This document shows, piece after piece, positions 48,940-62,856 of a DNA stretch of 64,000 nt. The stretch lies in NCBI GenBank assembly GCA_976551045.1, contig CDPCPM010000001.1, positions 2,232,001-2,296,000 of the forward strand, read 5' to 3'. A program made the position numbers and the translations under genes. Source of the stretch: Glaucostegus cemiculus (taxonomy: Eukaryota). The notes below the pieces were generated by a model that was not told the origin of the DNA, made no database searches, and worked only from the letters and a program-made list of their open reading frames with translations. Position 1 is the first letter of the stretch. Each line of letters begins with the position of its first letter.

Positions 48940-51185
48940 CTTCAGAAAATTTCCATCAACATCACATACAATCTGGATAACAACAGTTGCAGAGAAGGAC
49001 ACGGATGAGCAATGGACAAGGGAGAAAATGAGGAAATCTGCGGAAAGTGTGAAATCCAGGCAGGGCAAATAACGAGAGAGAGATAATTGGAAACGGTTGA
49101 TTTTGGACAAGTGTACATTTGACCTAGAGGGTATTTAAAGACGAACGATACAGAGTACAGATAAAGAATGTTTCAGTGAGACAGAGGAAAAAGGACGGCA
49201 AGGTAAAGGAACTTTGGATAACGGAGGTTGTGAATTTATTCAAGATGACGAAGAACGCACAATCAAGATTTAGGAAGCTAATAATCAAACAGGGCCCCTT
49301 GAGGAATATCAAGAAGCCTTAAAAGATTTCAAGGAGGAAGTTAGGAAAGCCGATGACAGGCCATGAAAAGTCACTGACAAGTTGGATTAAAGAGAATTCC
49401 GAGACATACTACGCATACATCAAGAGCAGAAATGTGAACAGGAAGGCGTTAGAACCACTCAAGGATAAAGGAGAGAACATGTACTCTGAGACGTAGGATG
49501 TGGGCGAGCTACTGACCGACCACATTGAGTCGGTATTCACCAAGGAGAAGGACATGGAGGATCACAAGATCAGAGTGAAGCAGGCTAATGTGCCAGGGTA
49601 TTTTGAGATAAAGAAAGAGGTGGTGGCGGGACTCTTCTGGAACATTAAGAAAACTAAATTCTCAGAATCTGATTCGATATACCCAAGGTTTATGAGGGAG
49701 GCAGAAGAAGAGAAGGAGAGGACCTGGTCCCAGAACTTTGTGTCCTCTATAGCCACAGACGAGGCCTTGGAGGACTGGCAAGTGGCAAATGTGGATCCTT
49801 CTTCAGAAACAGAAGATGTAGTTCCGTGAGTGTCACATCAGTAATGGGGAAAACATCGGCGAGGATTCTTTGGGATAGGGTTGATATGAATTTTATAAAA
49901 ACATGGCCAAATCAGGGACAGTTTGCATGGCGCTGTGCGAGACAGGTCAAGACTCACGAAGCTGGTTGACCTTTGAGCAGGTGACGGAGGTGACTAATGA
50001 AGGGAGAGCAGTGGATATTTCCCACATAGATTTTGTTAAGGCATTTTAGAAGGTCCCTAATGCGAGACTCCCAGAGGATTAAGATGCGTGGGATTCACTA
50101 TGACTTGGAACATCTGGATGTAGAGCTGGTTGGCCCATAGAAGTGAGGGTAGTGGTCAATAAGTCGTATTCTGGATGGAGGTCCATGACTAGTGGTGTTC
50201 TGCGCGGAACCGAACTGGGACTTCGCCTGCTTGTGATATCTGAAAACGTGGATGGGTGGTTTGGTATGTTTCTGGATGATAGAACGATCATCAGTGCGGT
50301 GGATAGTGTGGATGGTTGATAAAAAAAATACAGAGAGGTGTAGACCAGTTGCAAAGGTGCGCGGAGAAATGGCAGATGGCGTGTTATCCGGCCAAATGTG
50401 AGGTGTTCCACTTTGGTAGGTCACATGTCAGAGGAAAGCACACTGGTAATGTCAGGACCATTCACTGCGTTGATGACCAAAGAGATCATGGGTTTCAAGT
50501 CCCCAGCTCCAAGAAAGTGGTCACACAAGTCAATAGGGAAACAGAAAAGGCCTCTGGCATGGTTGTCTTCATTGGTCGAGGCATTTCCAGGAATCAGGAA
50601 GCAAACTGCAGCTTTATGAAACTCGGCTGAAGCTGCAACTGGACCATTGCATTCAATTCTTGTTGCCCTCTTATCGGGAGGGTTTGGAGGCTTTAGAGGG
50701 TACCGAAGTAGTTCACCAGGATGCTACCTGGATTGGAGGGCATTACAAAAAGGAGAGGTGGGACATACTGAAGTTGTTTTCTCTGGAGCAGTGGAGGCTG
50801 AGGGGAAAGCTGAAAGTAGCTTATAAAATAATGGATTGAGAAACGGTATCATTTTCGCAAGGACAAAATGACTGATAAATAACATAGGGGGCATGCAATT
50901 AAGGTGGGAGAGTGTAAGTTCAAAGGATATGTGTGGGCAAGTGTCTTGTTTGGACACAGAGTGGTAGTTGTCTGGAATGCGTTGCCAGGGGTATGCTATG
51001 GAGGCACGTCTGCTGGAGGGATTTAAGAGGCTTTGATAGGCACACGAATGTGCAGAGAAGAGGGGTAAGGACCATGCCCATGCAGAAGGGATAATTTTAA
51101 TCAGCAATTATTAGCACAACAACTACCACACAACGCCATGGGCCGACGAGCATGTTCCTGTGCTGTACCATTCTCTGTTCTAATG
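48940..51185 (+). mobile_element. CR1 LINE ORF2 (linker-RT-3' UTR), degenerate
   Basis: SVFTKEKDM, EDWQVANV and QRCAEKWQMACYPAKCEVFHFGRS; tail GTGCTGTACCATTCTCTGTTCTA. Confidence 0.88.
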
Positions 51186-52114
51186 CGGCTTCCACTGCCC
51201 AGTGTCAACGCAGACGAGTGGTACAGCTTTATCAGCTGGGCAACTCCTTTACTGTGCTGCTGGTGGTGCTCCTGATTTTCCCTCCCACGCTCCAAAATAA
51301 TTCCCCCCCCCCCAGGTGTCATGGTGTTGTCGGTCACGGTGAAGTGAGGAAGATATGGGCCCATGAGCCCGTTAATGATGGTTGCTCAGCGTGGCGGCTT
51401 CAAACCCACGAGGACTTGGGGTGACCGCACCTGTATTTACACCCGCCACAGCAGGTTCCATTATGTTGGGTTGTTGCTTGCCTCGTCTCTGGGACTGCTC
51501 TGCCAATTCCTGTTCATGCTGTTTTGTGGAGCCTGCAGGGTGCCCCGGACCGATGTGTCCTGATCACACATGAGTCTATTGACCGGGTTTCTTCTCCTTT
51601 GTTCAATTTCTATTAAGCTGGTTAGTACAACTGAGTGGTTTCCTGGGCAACAGGGTATCACCAAAGCGTCAGTCACCCGACTGTGTGCGGCAGTCACAAT
51701 GACCAACCGCGTGTGGTTAGCAGCTTCCCTTCCCCAAGTGACAGCAGTGAAGCTGGTGGGTTTGGATGACAATCTGACAGCTGTGGGTTCTTTGTAGTTC
51801 AATCAAATGATGTACCCTGATGGGATTGAATCAGATGATCAGTTCCAGCTCACCGCTCCCATACCACTGTGTTAAGCACAGCGTGCTTGCAAGGAACAGA
51901 TGACTGAATCTGCAGTTCCCAGATCTCTGCCTCACAGGATTTAATCGTGATGCCGGATCTATGGGACACAAGTTGATCTGAGATCAATTTGCACTTCAGT
52001 GAAGAGCCCCCGGAATGTGAGAAGGGCAGCTGGACTGACCTCGGTCTCCCTTTCCTCTCCTGCCTCAGTTCCGTGACGTTAGAATAAATAGGAGGCAGTG
52101 TTCCTCCCACTCAC

Positions 52115-52281
52115 CTCACGTTGCTGTCCACTGAAAAGTCGCTTCTCTGTCAACTTCGAGCTCAGCCTTTCAACCCCTTCTTCAATCGCAGATTTGAGTC
52201 TCTCCCGGTAGAATTTTGACAACTGGAAGAGTTGGTAATCCCCGCACTGTGCCAGGAGCTCAGACATCGTAGTCTTTGGAT
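52115..52281 (-). pseudogene. NLR-B death-fold/CARD-like exon 1 (167 bp, open)
   Basis: PKTTMSELLAQCGDYQLFQLSKFYRERLKSAIEEGVERLSSKLTEKRLFSGQQRE|gtgag. Confidence 0.88.
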
Positions 52282-53149
52282 CTGTGAGTAAAAAGAGAAG
52301 CTAAACTCCTGCCCAACAGAAAATGGAATATAAATAACTGCCCAGAACACAAATGGATAAAAATAAACTTCACAGGATTAAAAACTCCCTCTGCTCAACC
52401 CTCGCCACCCAGCCCACAGATGATCCTCACCATCCGCTCTCCAAAATGATGATTTCTCCTTCAGTTCAGCAGCATATCCACTGTCGCCAACATCATTAGA
52501 AACTGAGTGAAAGCTGTGGATATCCAACACGACAACTAGGTCAGCAACCCCACCCACCCACCACCTACAATGCCCATTGGTTGCAACTTCCAGCAGGAAG
52601 TATGTCAGTCCCATTTGTCCTGAGACACGCACTCCTGGATTATTTCTTCAACATGTTCCCTCAATATGCTCTTGTTACTTCCAGCCACGGAGCTTTCCTT
52701 CATACTTCCCTTCCCAGAGATGGCTCTCCCGTTTGAAGTGTTCTCTTTCCTCTGCCTCCAAGGAGGCTACGTCTCCATTTGCGACCTGATCCCTGGAGAA
52801 GATTCTGTTTATTCTCCAGACAACGGAAACCCCATCACTCTTTCTCTCCTTTACTGTGTCTGATCTGCCCATTGCCATCGCATCACTCTGGGTGACCTCC
52901 TTCTCCCTGGGTCACTGTTTCTCAGGAAGCCCACTCTTCCATTAATACACACCTGAATCTTCCATGAGGGTGACACATCCCCTCTCCCCTCTCAACCAGT
53001 GTCTGTGTTGCCCCCGTAGAGGTTATCTCTTTCCCCTCTTTCTCAGCCCCTTCCTTATTCCCTCTTCCGTTGTGAACTGTAGGCCGAAGCACCAGACCCA
53101 GAACTGATGCCACGAAAACATTTCTATTGGTATGAATTATGGAATGCAC

Positions 53150-53242
53150 CCATGTCCTTCCTTGATTTTGAGGTCTCTGTATCCCCTCTCCTGTTTGCAT
53201 CTTCACCAATGGAAGTGACAGGCGACTCCAACATCTGGTGTT
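53150..53242 (-). pseudogene. NLR-B 93-bp symmetric exon (duplicate of the start-exon module)
   Basis: ttccag|EHQMLESPVTSIGEDANRRGDTETSKSRKDM G|gtgc; phase 1-1; open. Confidence 0.7.
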
Positions 53243-53282
53243 CTGGAATAAATAGAATATTAACAGACAATCAGGCAACAAA

Positions 53283-55655
53283 ATAGAACACAGAACACTG
53301 CAGCTCAGTACAAGCCCTTCGGCCCACGATATTGTGCTGACATTTTATCCTGCACTAAAAACCTACCGAACCCTTCCCTTCCACATAGCCCCATATTTTC
53401 TGTCATTCATGTGTCTATCTAAGAGTCTCTTAAATGTCCCTAATGTATCTGCTCCCACAACCTCTCCCGGTAGTGCGTACCACGCACCCATCTCTCTGTC
53501 CAGAAAATGTTGCCCTGACATCACCCCATACGTTCCTCCACTTAACAAAAAAATTATGTCCCCTCGTGTTAGCCATTGTCGCACTGGGGAATAAGTCTCT
53601 GACTGTCCACTCGATCTATGCCACTTATCATCTTGTAGACCTCCATCAAGTCACCTCTCATCCTCCTCCTTACCAAAGAGCAAAGTTCTCGCTTGCTCAG
53701 CCTATCATCATAAGACGTGCTCTCCAATCAAGGCACATCCTGGTAAATCTCTTCTGCACCCACTCCAAAGCGTCCACATGCTTCAAATAATAAGGCATGA
53801 ACATAATACTCCAAGTGTGGTCTGGCCAGAGCAGCAACATCACCTCGTGGCTCTTCTGTACAACATTTTGAACAACGCTATCGACCTGTATGGCAACCTT
53901 GAGGGTTCTGTGGACGTGCACCCCGAGATCCCTCTGTTCCCTCACACTGCTTAGAGCCCTGCCATTGACCTAGTAATTTGACTTGGAATTCGATCTCCCG
54001 AAGTGAATTACTTCACACTTATTCAAGTTAAACGACATCTGCCACTTCTCAGCCCAGCTCTGCATTCTATTGTTGTAATCTACAGCAACCTTCTACACTA
54101 TCCACAACACCACGGAACATTGTATCATCAAAAAACTTACTAACCCACCCTTAGATCCCCATCCAAGTCATTTGTAAAGATCACGAAGGGCAGGGGTCAC
54201 AGAACAGATCCTTGCGGAACACCACTTGGCACCGACTTCCAGGCACAATCCGATCCATCTACCACCACCCTCTGTCTTCTATAGGCGAGCCAAATCTGAA
54301 TCCATACTGCAAAGCCTCCCGGGATCCCATAGCTCCTGACTTTCTGAATAAGCCTTCTGTGAGGAACCTTATCAAACGCCCTACTATAATCAATGTTAAC
54401 CACATCCACTGCTCTACCTTCATCAATATGCTTTGTTACATTCTCAAAGAATTCAATCAGGCTGGTGAGGTACGACCTACCCCTCTCAAAGCCATGTTTA
54501 CTATCCCTAATCATCCTATGCTTCTCTAAATTCCCATGTCTCTAAGAATCTTCTCCAGTAATTTGCCCACCACTGAAGTAAGACTCACAGGTCTGTAATT
54601 CACAGCGTTAAACCTGCTCCCTTTCCTAAACAAAGGAAAAACATTTGCCACACTCCAATCATCCGGCACTACTTCTGTCGCTAGTGCGGACCCAATGATC
54701 TTCGCCAAAGGAGCAGCAAAAATCTATTCCCTAGTTTCCTGTAATAACCATGTAAATCTCCTGTCCGCGTCCAGTGACTTATTTAGCTTAATGTTTTTCA
54801 ATAGTTCCAACACATCCTCTTCCCTCACATCGTCATGACCGAGCATATAATGTTGTCGTGTACCATCCTCACAAACGTCAAGTTCACTCTCTCTCTCAAT
54901 GAATACATTGCTCCGGTATTCACAAGCACCTCCGCTACCTCTTTCGATTCTAGGCACGTTTCCTCTTTTTATCGGTGATCGGTCCTACCCTCTCTCTAAT
55001 CATCCTCTTATTCTTCACATCCATGTAGAACGCCTTGGGGTTTTCATTGATCCTACTCGCCAAGGACTTCTCATGCCTCCTTCTATCTCTGCTAAGACCA
55101 TTCTTAAGCTCCCTCCTGGCTACCTTTTAACTCACCAGAGCCCTGTCTGATCCATGCATTCTAAAACTTCGGTAAGCTTCTTTCATCATTTTGACAAGAT
55201 ATTCCCCCTCTTGTGTCAACCACCGATCCTTCACTCTACCATCTTTACCCTGCCTCAATGGGACAAACTCACCAGAGCCCCATGCAGGATTTCCTTACCG
55301 ACCTCCACATTTCCACTGTGCACTTCCCCAACAACATCTGTTCCCAATTTTTGCTGCCAGGTTCCTGCCTCATAGCATCATAATCCCCCCCCCCTTCAGT
55401 GAAATACTTTCCCATATCTTCTGCCGCTATCCACCCAAGGCCAGGGTAAAGGCTAAGGAGTTATGCTCAATATCTCCAAAATGCTCTCCCACCGAGATAG
55501 CTGAAACCTTATCAGGCTCATTGCCTAGTACAAGGTCCAGTGTGGCCTCTCCTCCAGTCGGACTGTGTACACACTGTTTCAGGAATCCTTGCTGTACCAT
55601 CCGAACAAACTCTGTACCATCTATCCCATTTACACTAAGGAGGTGCCAATTGTGA
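53283..55655 (-). mobile_element. CR1 LINE ORF2 (EN C-terminal part to 3' tail) with internal deletions
   Basis: PTGGEATLDLVLGNEP..VGEHFGDIEHN, NYRPVSLTSVVGKLLE, DYSRAFDKVPH and GVPQGSVL; tail at 53283. Confidence 0.92.
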
Positions 55656-56064
55656 CATGGAAGACTTTGCCTTGTGAACTGGGAACCACCACCAACTACC
55701 TCGGGGTCAGCAGTAACCAAAAACTGAACTGAAGCCGCCACTTCAATACTGTTACAGCAACATCAGGTCAGAGGATGAGAATCCTTCAGTGAGGAACTCC
55801 TCGCATAACAGCCCACGTTTACCCTCCCCCCCCCCTATCTACAAGGTGCATGTCAAGATTTGATGCAGTTCAAACACCATCCAGGACAAGGCAAACTGCT
55901 TGACTGGCAGACCAACAATCACAGGAGTTACCGGGTCAATTGTGGATGAAGACTTGGCAAATAGTCTGGTGCCACGGGGATCAGGGCTGGATCTCAGCTA
56001 TTTCCAAACAATATTAATGACTTTGATGAAGGGACTAAGTTTAGTCCAGCCACATTTGATAATG

Positions 56065-56540
56065 AAATATAGAACGGTTCAGCACAAGGACAGTCCCTAT
56101 GTCCACGATGTCTGACCCAAACATGATTTCAGTTTGAACTCGTTCCACCATGGCCCATATACCTGCATTTTCCGACTGTCTGTGAGTCTGTCTAATGATT
56201 CTTCAATGTTGCAGTTTAATCTGCTTCCACCACTGCCACTGACGGTGCGTTCCAGACGCTGAGAACATTGTGTACCAAAACGTGCCTCGCACATTTCCTT
56301 TAAACATTCCTCCGATCACCTAAAATTTCTGACCTTTAGTATTTGACTTTTTCTCTCTCAATAAAAGACAGAATATAAACCCTGTCTGTGCCTCGTGCAA
56401 CATTAAATGCTTCTATTTGGTCTCAACTCAGCTTTCAACGCTCCAGAGAAAACAGTCCAAGTTTTTTTTTACCTTACAGCTGATACTCTCGAATGCAGGC
56501 AACATCCTGGTGAGGCCCCTCGGCATCCTTGACAAAGATG
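56065..56540 (-). mobile_element. CR1 3' fragment
   Basis: ATAGAAC tail and LTRMLPAFESISC C-terminal remnant. Confidence 0.65.
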
Positions 56541-56854
56541 TAAGGAAGGAGTTAAATTTGCGAGAATCGTACACGATTCCTGTTTGGTGTGGGCAAAACT
56601 GTGCAACACACACTGGTGGTTGAAAGAGAAAATGGTGTTAGCTTGGAATGTGGGAATGTTGTGAGGCAGTGAAAGGGCACCAGTCCGCAGCCTTGAAGAG
56701 CAGATAATGATGAAAAACACACTCGTCTGGGAAAGGAAATGATGTGCAGCTGCAGCAACCACCTGTACCGTCCCATGAGAGAGTACAGGAGTAAGGGGTT
56801 TTAAGAGTACACAACAAGGGGCTAATTCATAGTGCAGAGGTACTCTCTCTTTAT

Positions 56855-57292
56855 GCTCGAGTCCCATCATCTCTTCAGAATTTTGCCATCTGGAAGGAGG
56901 CTCAAATGTATCAGGACAAGAACGACCAGGCTGAGCAATAGCTTCTTTCCGCAAGCCATCAGAACTGCGAACTCTCATTCCTCCATCTTCCTTGTTAACA
57001 CTAAGGGATTGCAAGGTGCACAGAAATGCACCAGCACTTTAAATGCCCGCCACGAGCTCGTTCACTTTAATAACTATTTATTTAATTACCTGCCGTATTT
57101 AATTTAACCTGCTGTATTTAATTTAATTTAAACTTCAGTAGTTTTTTGTTTTTTTTTTGTTCAGTGTGTCTGTGTTTCACTGCTTTTTATTATTTAATGG
57201 GACGAGCACCTGAGAAGGACGGTATCTCGCTCCTATGCATACTATGTATGTATATGGTTGTGACTATAAAACTGATTCTGATTCTGATTCTG
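56855..57292 (+). mobile_element. Rex1/Babar-like LINE 3' end
   Basis: HHLFRILPSGRRLKCIRTRTTRLSNSFFPQAIR followed by a 3' UTR ending (GATTCT)3. Confidence 0.85.
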
Positions 57293-57958
57293 AGTCGCGA
57301 TAGGTAAATTGAGTGACAGAAGGGAGTGTAACATGGGGAGCTGAGAGCTAATGCCAGACAATGGAACTCAATGAGTCAAGCGGTTTGCGGGAGAGTGGAA
57401 ATGTGACAGGGCAAACAAGATCGGACCGAATGGCAAGCAAGTCAGAGGGTGGGGTGGGGGGTGTGAGTCGCTGTTCTTGTTTCTGATGTTAAAACATCCA
57501 TTTCCCACACCAGTGGAACGTGGTGGTGACACTGTCTGCCAGGTATCAGATGAATTGCAGTTACTTACACCGCCTGTTCTGACAGCACCTCTTACTCTAA
57601 CCAGGTCTTGTCCCAAGGTTGACAAGGGGCGTGGGTGGAAGCAAGTACCACTACCTGTACAGAAACAGTCTCTCAAACACACATTCGGGAAATAGTCTCC
57701 ACATCTGGACGGGTACATTTCCTCTAATAAACATCCCGGAAAAACTCAGAGCAGGCACTACATTCCCATGCTCCCACTGATACCATGTGCACAGACCGCG
57801 CATTCCCTCTCCACATCAACTGCTGCACTCATTCATCCCCTCCCACCTTTATTTCCCCTCTGTTATCCATCTCCCAATAAGGCCTCTCACTTCCCTTCCT
57901 CCCAACCTCAAACTTTTGCACCATTCTGCTGCCCCCATTCCCCTCACATTTCACTCAC

Positions 57959-58242
57959 CTGCTCCTTGGTTGAGACGATGATTCCTTGGTTAATGAGCCT
58001 CTGACGTCACAGGAAATCACCCCACGTGGGCCGGTTCTGTGGCCCTGAATCGTGTCTCTGATCCGACTTCCGCAAGGCTGACTTTGTTCCCTTCTCCAAG
58101 GCCGGAACACATTCCATTCGGACACAGCCTTCGATTCGGCCTTGCTTTGGTGTTGTACTTTCTATGTCCTCATCATCTTCCCTTGATGATCTGCCTAGCA
58201 AAAGTCTCTTGAAAACTTTTTCAATGCGAGTTAATTTCCTGC
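57959..58242 (-). pseudogene. Putative NLR-B N-terminal low-complexity exon (284 bp, frameshifted)
   Basis: ttttcag|GRKLTRIEKVFKRLLLGRSSREDDEDIESTTPKQGRIEG...; strong donor CAG|GTGAGT; length is not a multiple of 3 and a stop occurs near the 3' end. Confidence 0.5.
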
Positions 58243-58992
58243 CTGAAAAATCACGAGTCACACGTTACAGTAGAGTGGTTTGGAAGTGAGGAAAACGCAG
58301 ATTCAGAATGGGTGGCTGCGATGTGTGCCGAGGTTCTGGGTGGGCAGATTTTGGACTGGGATTCTGCTAGTGAATGTGAACTGTGTCATTTGCCGTGTGT
58401 CCATCTCGAGAGGCAGGTGAATGGAGACATCCAGTGTCTGACAGAACAGCGCAGTCACAGTAACATTGATCATAAATTACACAGTAGATTAATGCACCGA
58501 TGACCAGGGGATCCTTATGGCACGACTGCGGAGGCAAATATTACTGGGATTATCTCCACAAGCTGAAAACTCTGTGGGTCACAGACTGTCCCATCTCCCA
58601 TGGTCTATCCGACCCCAGTCACGCATTCCCCAATCCCTGCGACCGCATCCTTCCGGGACACACAGTGCAAAATCCCCCAGGGGCCCACCTTCGCTACGTC
58701 ACACACTCTCCAATCCCCAGGGCTCCACACTCCCCGGAGCACACACTGGCAGATCCCTCAAGGTCGATCCTCCCCGGTTCAGACACAGTCCGATGGAACC
58801 CTGCACTCTGCCATGAGCTCACACCTCTCCTCCGCCTGATACTTCAAATATCCTGAGAATGATTTTAATTGAAATCGAAGAATACGACACATTCAGCCCC
58901 TCAGACGCAGCCCCCATGACTGCTTTCCCTGCTGCATCCTTTCCAAGACTGATATCTTGAGAAGTCCGTGTATTCCCGTGACAAATGAAACT

Positions 58993-61900
58993 CCATAGAA
59001 CCATAGAAAAATAGAACACAAAACCGGCCCTTCTGCCCACCAAGGTGCCATCCTTCAAACGTCACACGATGTAACTGTTCCCTCCCACATATCCCTCGAT
59101 TCCACATTCCTCCATGTGCCTTACATTCTCTTGAACCTGTCCAAAGTATCTGCCTCCATGACAACCACAGGCAGCGCATTCCATGCGCCAACCACTCTCT
59201 TGGTGAAAGACCTCACTCTGACATCTCCCCTGACTTTCCACCCAATATATTAAAGCCATGCCCTCCAGTCTTGAGCATCTGTTCTCTGGGAAAGAGGCGC
59301 TGGATGTCAACTATATCTATTCCTCTCAATATCTTATACAGCTCTATCAAGTCCCCTCTCATCCTCCTCCCTTCCAACGAGTAAAGCCCTCCCATTTTAA
59401 GCCTCTCCTCATATTCCATACCCTCTAATCCAGGCATCATCCTGCTAAATCGCCTCTGTACCCTCTCCAACGCTTCTGCATCCTTCCTATAATGTGGCGA
59501 CCAGAACTGAACACGATGTACCAAGGGCGGTCCAACTGGAGTTTTGTAAAGCAGCATCATCACCTCTCTGCTCTTGAACTCAATCCCACGATTTATAAAA
59601 GCTAACATCCCATAAACCTTCATAACTGCCCTATCCACCTGCGAAGCAACTTTGAGTGAAGTGTGGATATGAATCCCCAGATCCCTCTGGTCCTCTTCAC
59701 TGCTAAGTACCTTGCCATTAACCTCGTACTCTGCCCTGGAGTTTGTCCTTCCAAAGTGCACCACCTCACACGTCTCCGGATTGCACTCCATCTGCCACCT
59801 GTCCGCCCAGCTCTGCATCCTTTCAATATCCCTCTGTAATCTCCGACAGTCCTCCACACTATCCACCACACCGCCGATCATGGTGTCATCCGCAAACTTA
59901 CCAACCCATCCTTCCACTCCTTCATCTAAGTCATCCATAAATATAACAAAGAGTGAAGGTCCCAGAACCGATCCCTGCAGGCACTACTAGTCACAGCCCT
60001 CTAATCCGAGGGCACCACCTCCACCACAACCCTCTGCTTTCTACAAGCAAGCCAATTCCTGATCCACACAGCCAATCTCCACTGGATGCCTTGACCTCTG
60101 ACCTTCTGAAGAAGCCTGCCATGAGGAACCTTATCGAACGCCTTACTAAAATCCAAGTTTCCCACATCCACCGCGCTGCCCTCATCAGTCTTTCTCGTCA
60201 CCTCCTTCAAGAATTCTATCAGGTACGTAAGGCAAGTTCTTCCCTTCACAAAGCCATGCTGACTGTCCCTAATCAGTCCATGACTCTCCAGGTGTTCATA
60301 GATCCTATCCCTCAGAATCCTTTCTAACAGCTTACCCACCGCAGAGGTGGGACTTACCGGTCTGTAATTCACTGGACTAACCCTGCTACCTTTCCTAAAC
60401 AACGGAAGAACATTCGCTACCCGCCAACACTCCGGCACCATCCCGTGGACAACAAGGACTCAGAGAACCTCACCAGCGGATCAACAATCTCCTCCCTCGC
60501 CTTTCGAAGCAGCCTGGGGAATATGCCGTCAGGCCCTGGAGACTTATCTGTCTTGATATTACTTAACAACTTCAACACCTCCTCCCTGTCAATACTCGAG
60601 AACATTACCCTAACCAGCACTCTCTGCCGCGTCATCAAGACCCCTCTCCTTGGTTAATACGGAAGATAAGTATTCATTTAGAACTTCGCCTACTTCTGCT
60701 GCCTCCAGGCACATTTTCTCACCTTTATCCTTAATCGGACCTACCTTCACCCTAGCCAACCTTCTGCCCTTCACGTATGAGAAAAAAAGCCGTGGGATTT
60801 TCTAAACCGGACCAGCCAACACCTTTTCATATCCCCTTCGAGTTCTCCTCAGCCCTTTCTTGTTCCTTCTTCACTATACTATATTCCTCACGGGGTCTGT
60901 CCGAGCCTTGCTGCTAACACCTGACGTACTCTGCCTTCTTTCTCCTAACCAATCGTTCCACCTCTCTCGTCAGCCACTGTTCCTTCACCCTGCCATTCCT
61001 CCTCTGATTCGCCGGGACATATTTATCCCTAACATCCTGTAAAACATCCCTGAACATCGTCCACATCTCCACAGTACATAGGACTTCCTATTTTACACTC
61101 TCAAGTTCTCTCCTTACCGCATCATTGTCTGACCTTCCACAATGAAATATTTTCCTGTCTCTCTGCACCTATCTTATCCCTCTCCATGATAATTCTAAAG
61201 CTTATTGAGCAATGATCACTTTCCCAAAATGCTCACCCACCAGTAGATTCCTCACCTGTCCCGGTTCATTTCCTAAATCCAGATCCAACACAGCATTTTC
61301 TCGCTGTTGGTCTGTCAACATACTGCGTCAGGAATCCATCCTGGACACACTTAACAAACTCATTTCCTTCTAAACCTTTGGCACTAAGCATGTCCCAGTC
61401 TTTATTTGGGAAGTTGAAATCACCCATTATAACAACCCTGTTATTTTTGCTTCTGCCCAAACACTGCCTGCCAATCTGCTCCTCTATATCTCTAAAGCTA
61501 CCGGGGGTGCTGTGGGTTTGGTGGTGGGTGCGCATAGTATACTCCCAGCAGTGAGTGTAACCTTTCCTTTCTTGTTCATCACCTCCACCCATACCGACTC
61601 AAGAGAGTATACTTCCGCATAATCCACCCTTCCCGCAGCCGTAAAATCGTCCCTGATGAATATGGCCACCCCTCCTCCTCTTCATCCCTCTTCCCTATCC
61701 CTTTTAAAACACTGAAATCCAGGAATGTTCAATATCCATTCCTGTCCTGACGTCAGTCACTTCTAAGTTATAGCTACAATATCATAGTTCCCCATACTTA
61801 CCCAAGCCCTAAATTCATTTCCCATATTCCTGACACTTCTGGCATTAAAGTAAACAAATTTTACTCCATCCACTTTACCACTTATACAGTCTGTACTCTG

Positions 61901-62640
61901 CTTCTCCTTCCCCAAAGCCTCTCTTCCTGCTCGATCCAACTGTTCCCCATCCCCTTCGTCCTCTGCCCTACTCCTCCGTTTCCATCACCCTCGCAAATTA
62001 GGTTAAACCCTCCCTAACAACTGTAGCAAACTTAACCGCAAGGATATTGGCCGCCTTCTGGTTCGGGTATAACCTGTCCTGCCAGTTCAGGTCCCACCTT
62101 CCCGCGAAGAGATCCCAATGATCCAGAAATCTAAAACCCTCCCTCCTGCACCAACTTCTCAGCCACGCATTTATCTGCTACCTCCTCCTGTTCCTGCCTT
62201 CACTATCGCGTGGCACCGGCAGCAATCACGAGATCACTACCATTGAGGTCCTGCTCCTCAGTCTTCTAACTAGCTCCATGAAGTCTCTCATCAGGACCTT
62301 ATCCCCCTTCCTACCTATGTCATTGGTGCCAAAATGAACCACGACTTCTGGCTGATCCCCCTCCCATCAAGAATCCTGTGGACCTGATCAGTGACATCCT
62401 GGACCATGGCACCCGGGAGGCAACATACCATTCGGGATTCATGCTCACTCCCCCAGAAAATCCTATCTGTCTCCCTGACTATAGAATCCCCTATCACTAC
62501 TGTTTGTCGCTTTTCATCCCTTTCCTCCTGAGCATCACTACTATATGTCGCTCTCCCATTTCTGCCTCTGAGCTGCTCACCGCCACGGCCCCACTCCGGG
62601 TATCCTCCGGCTACGCAGTTCACTCCATTCCTCAGGTGGC
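58993..62640 (-). mobile_element. Long CR1 LINE: ORF1 esterase part + ORF2 (APE + RT) + tail
   Basis: ORF1 VVIGDSIVRETDRIF...MVCCLPGA (SGNH-type); ORF2 VVIMGDFNFP, KSPGPDGIFP, NYRPVSPTS, DFSKAFDKVPH and KFADDT; (TTCTATGG) tail at 58993-59018; frameshifted. Confidence 0.93.
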
Positions 62641-62856
62641 TGCTTTCCTCAGTCTCTGTCCTTGTGCAGAGCAACACCTCCAACAACAATGATTTATTAG
62701 AGAATTCCTTCCAGTGGATCAGCGCTGCCCCCTGGAGATGTCATCTCTCTGTTCGCTCTCTGCTCAGCCCCTTCCTTCTTCCCAAGTCCTTCGTGAACCT
62801 CGGATCCAGACACACTCTCAGGACCACATTTATATTTTTCGACAAGATGCACAAAC

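Noticed and set aside
59213-59938. 241-aa RT ORF as a host or active gene
   Set aside because: Fragment of a frameshifted CR1 ORF2.
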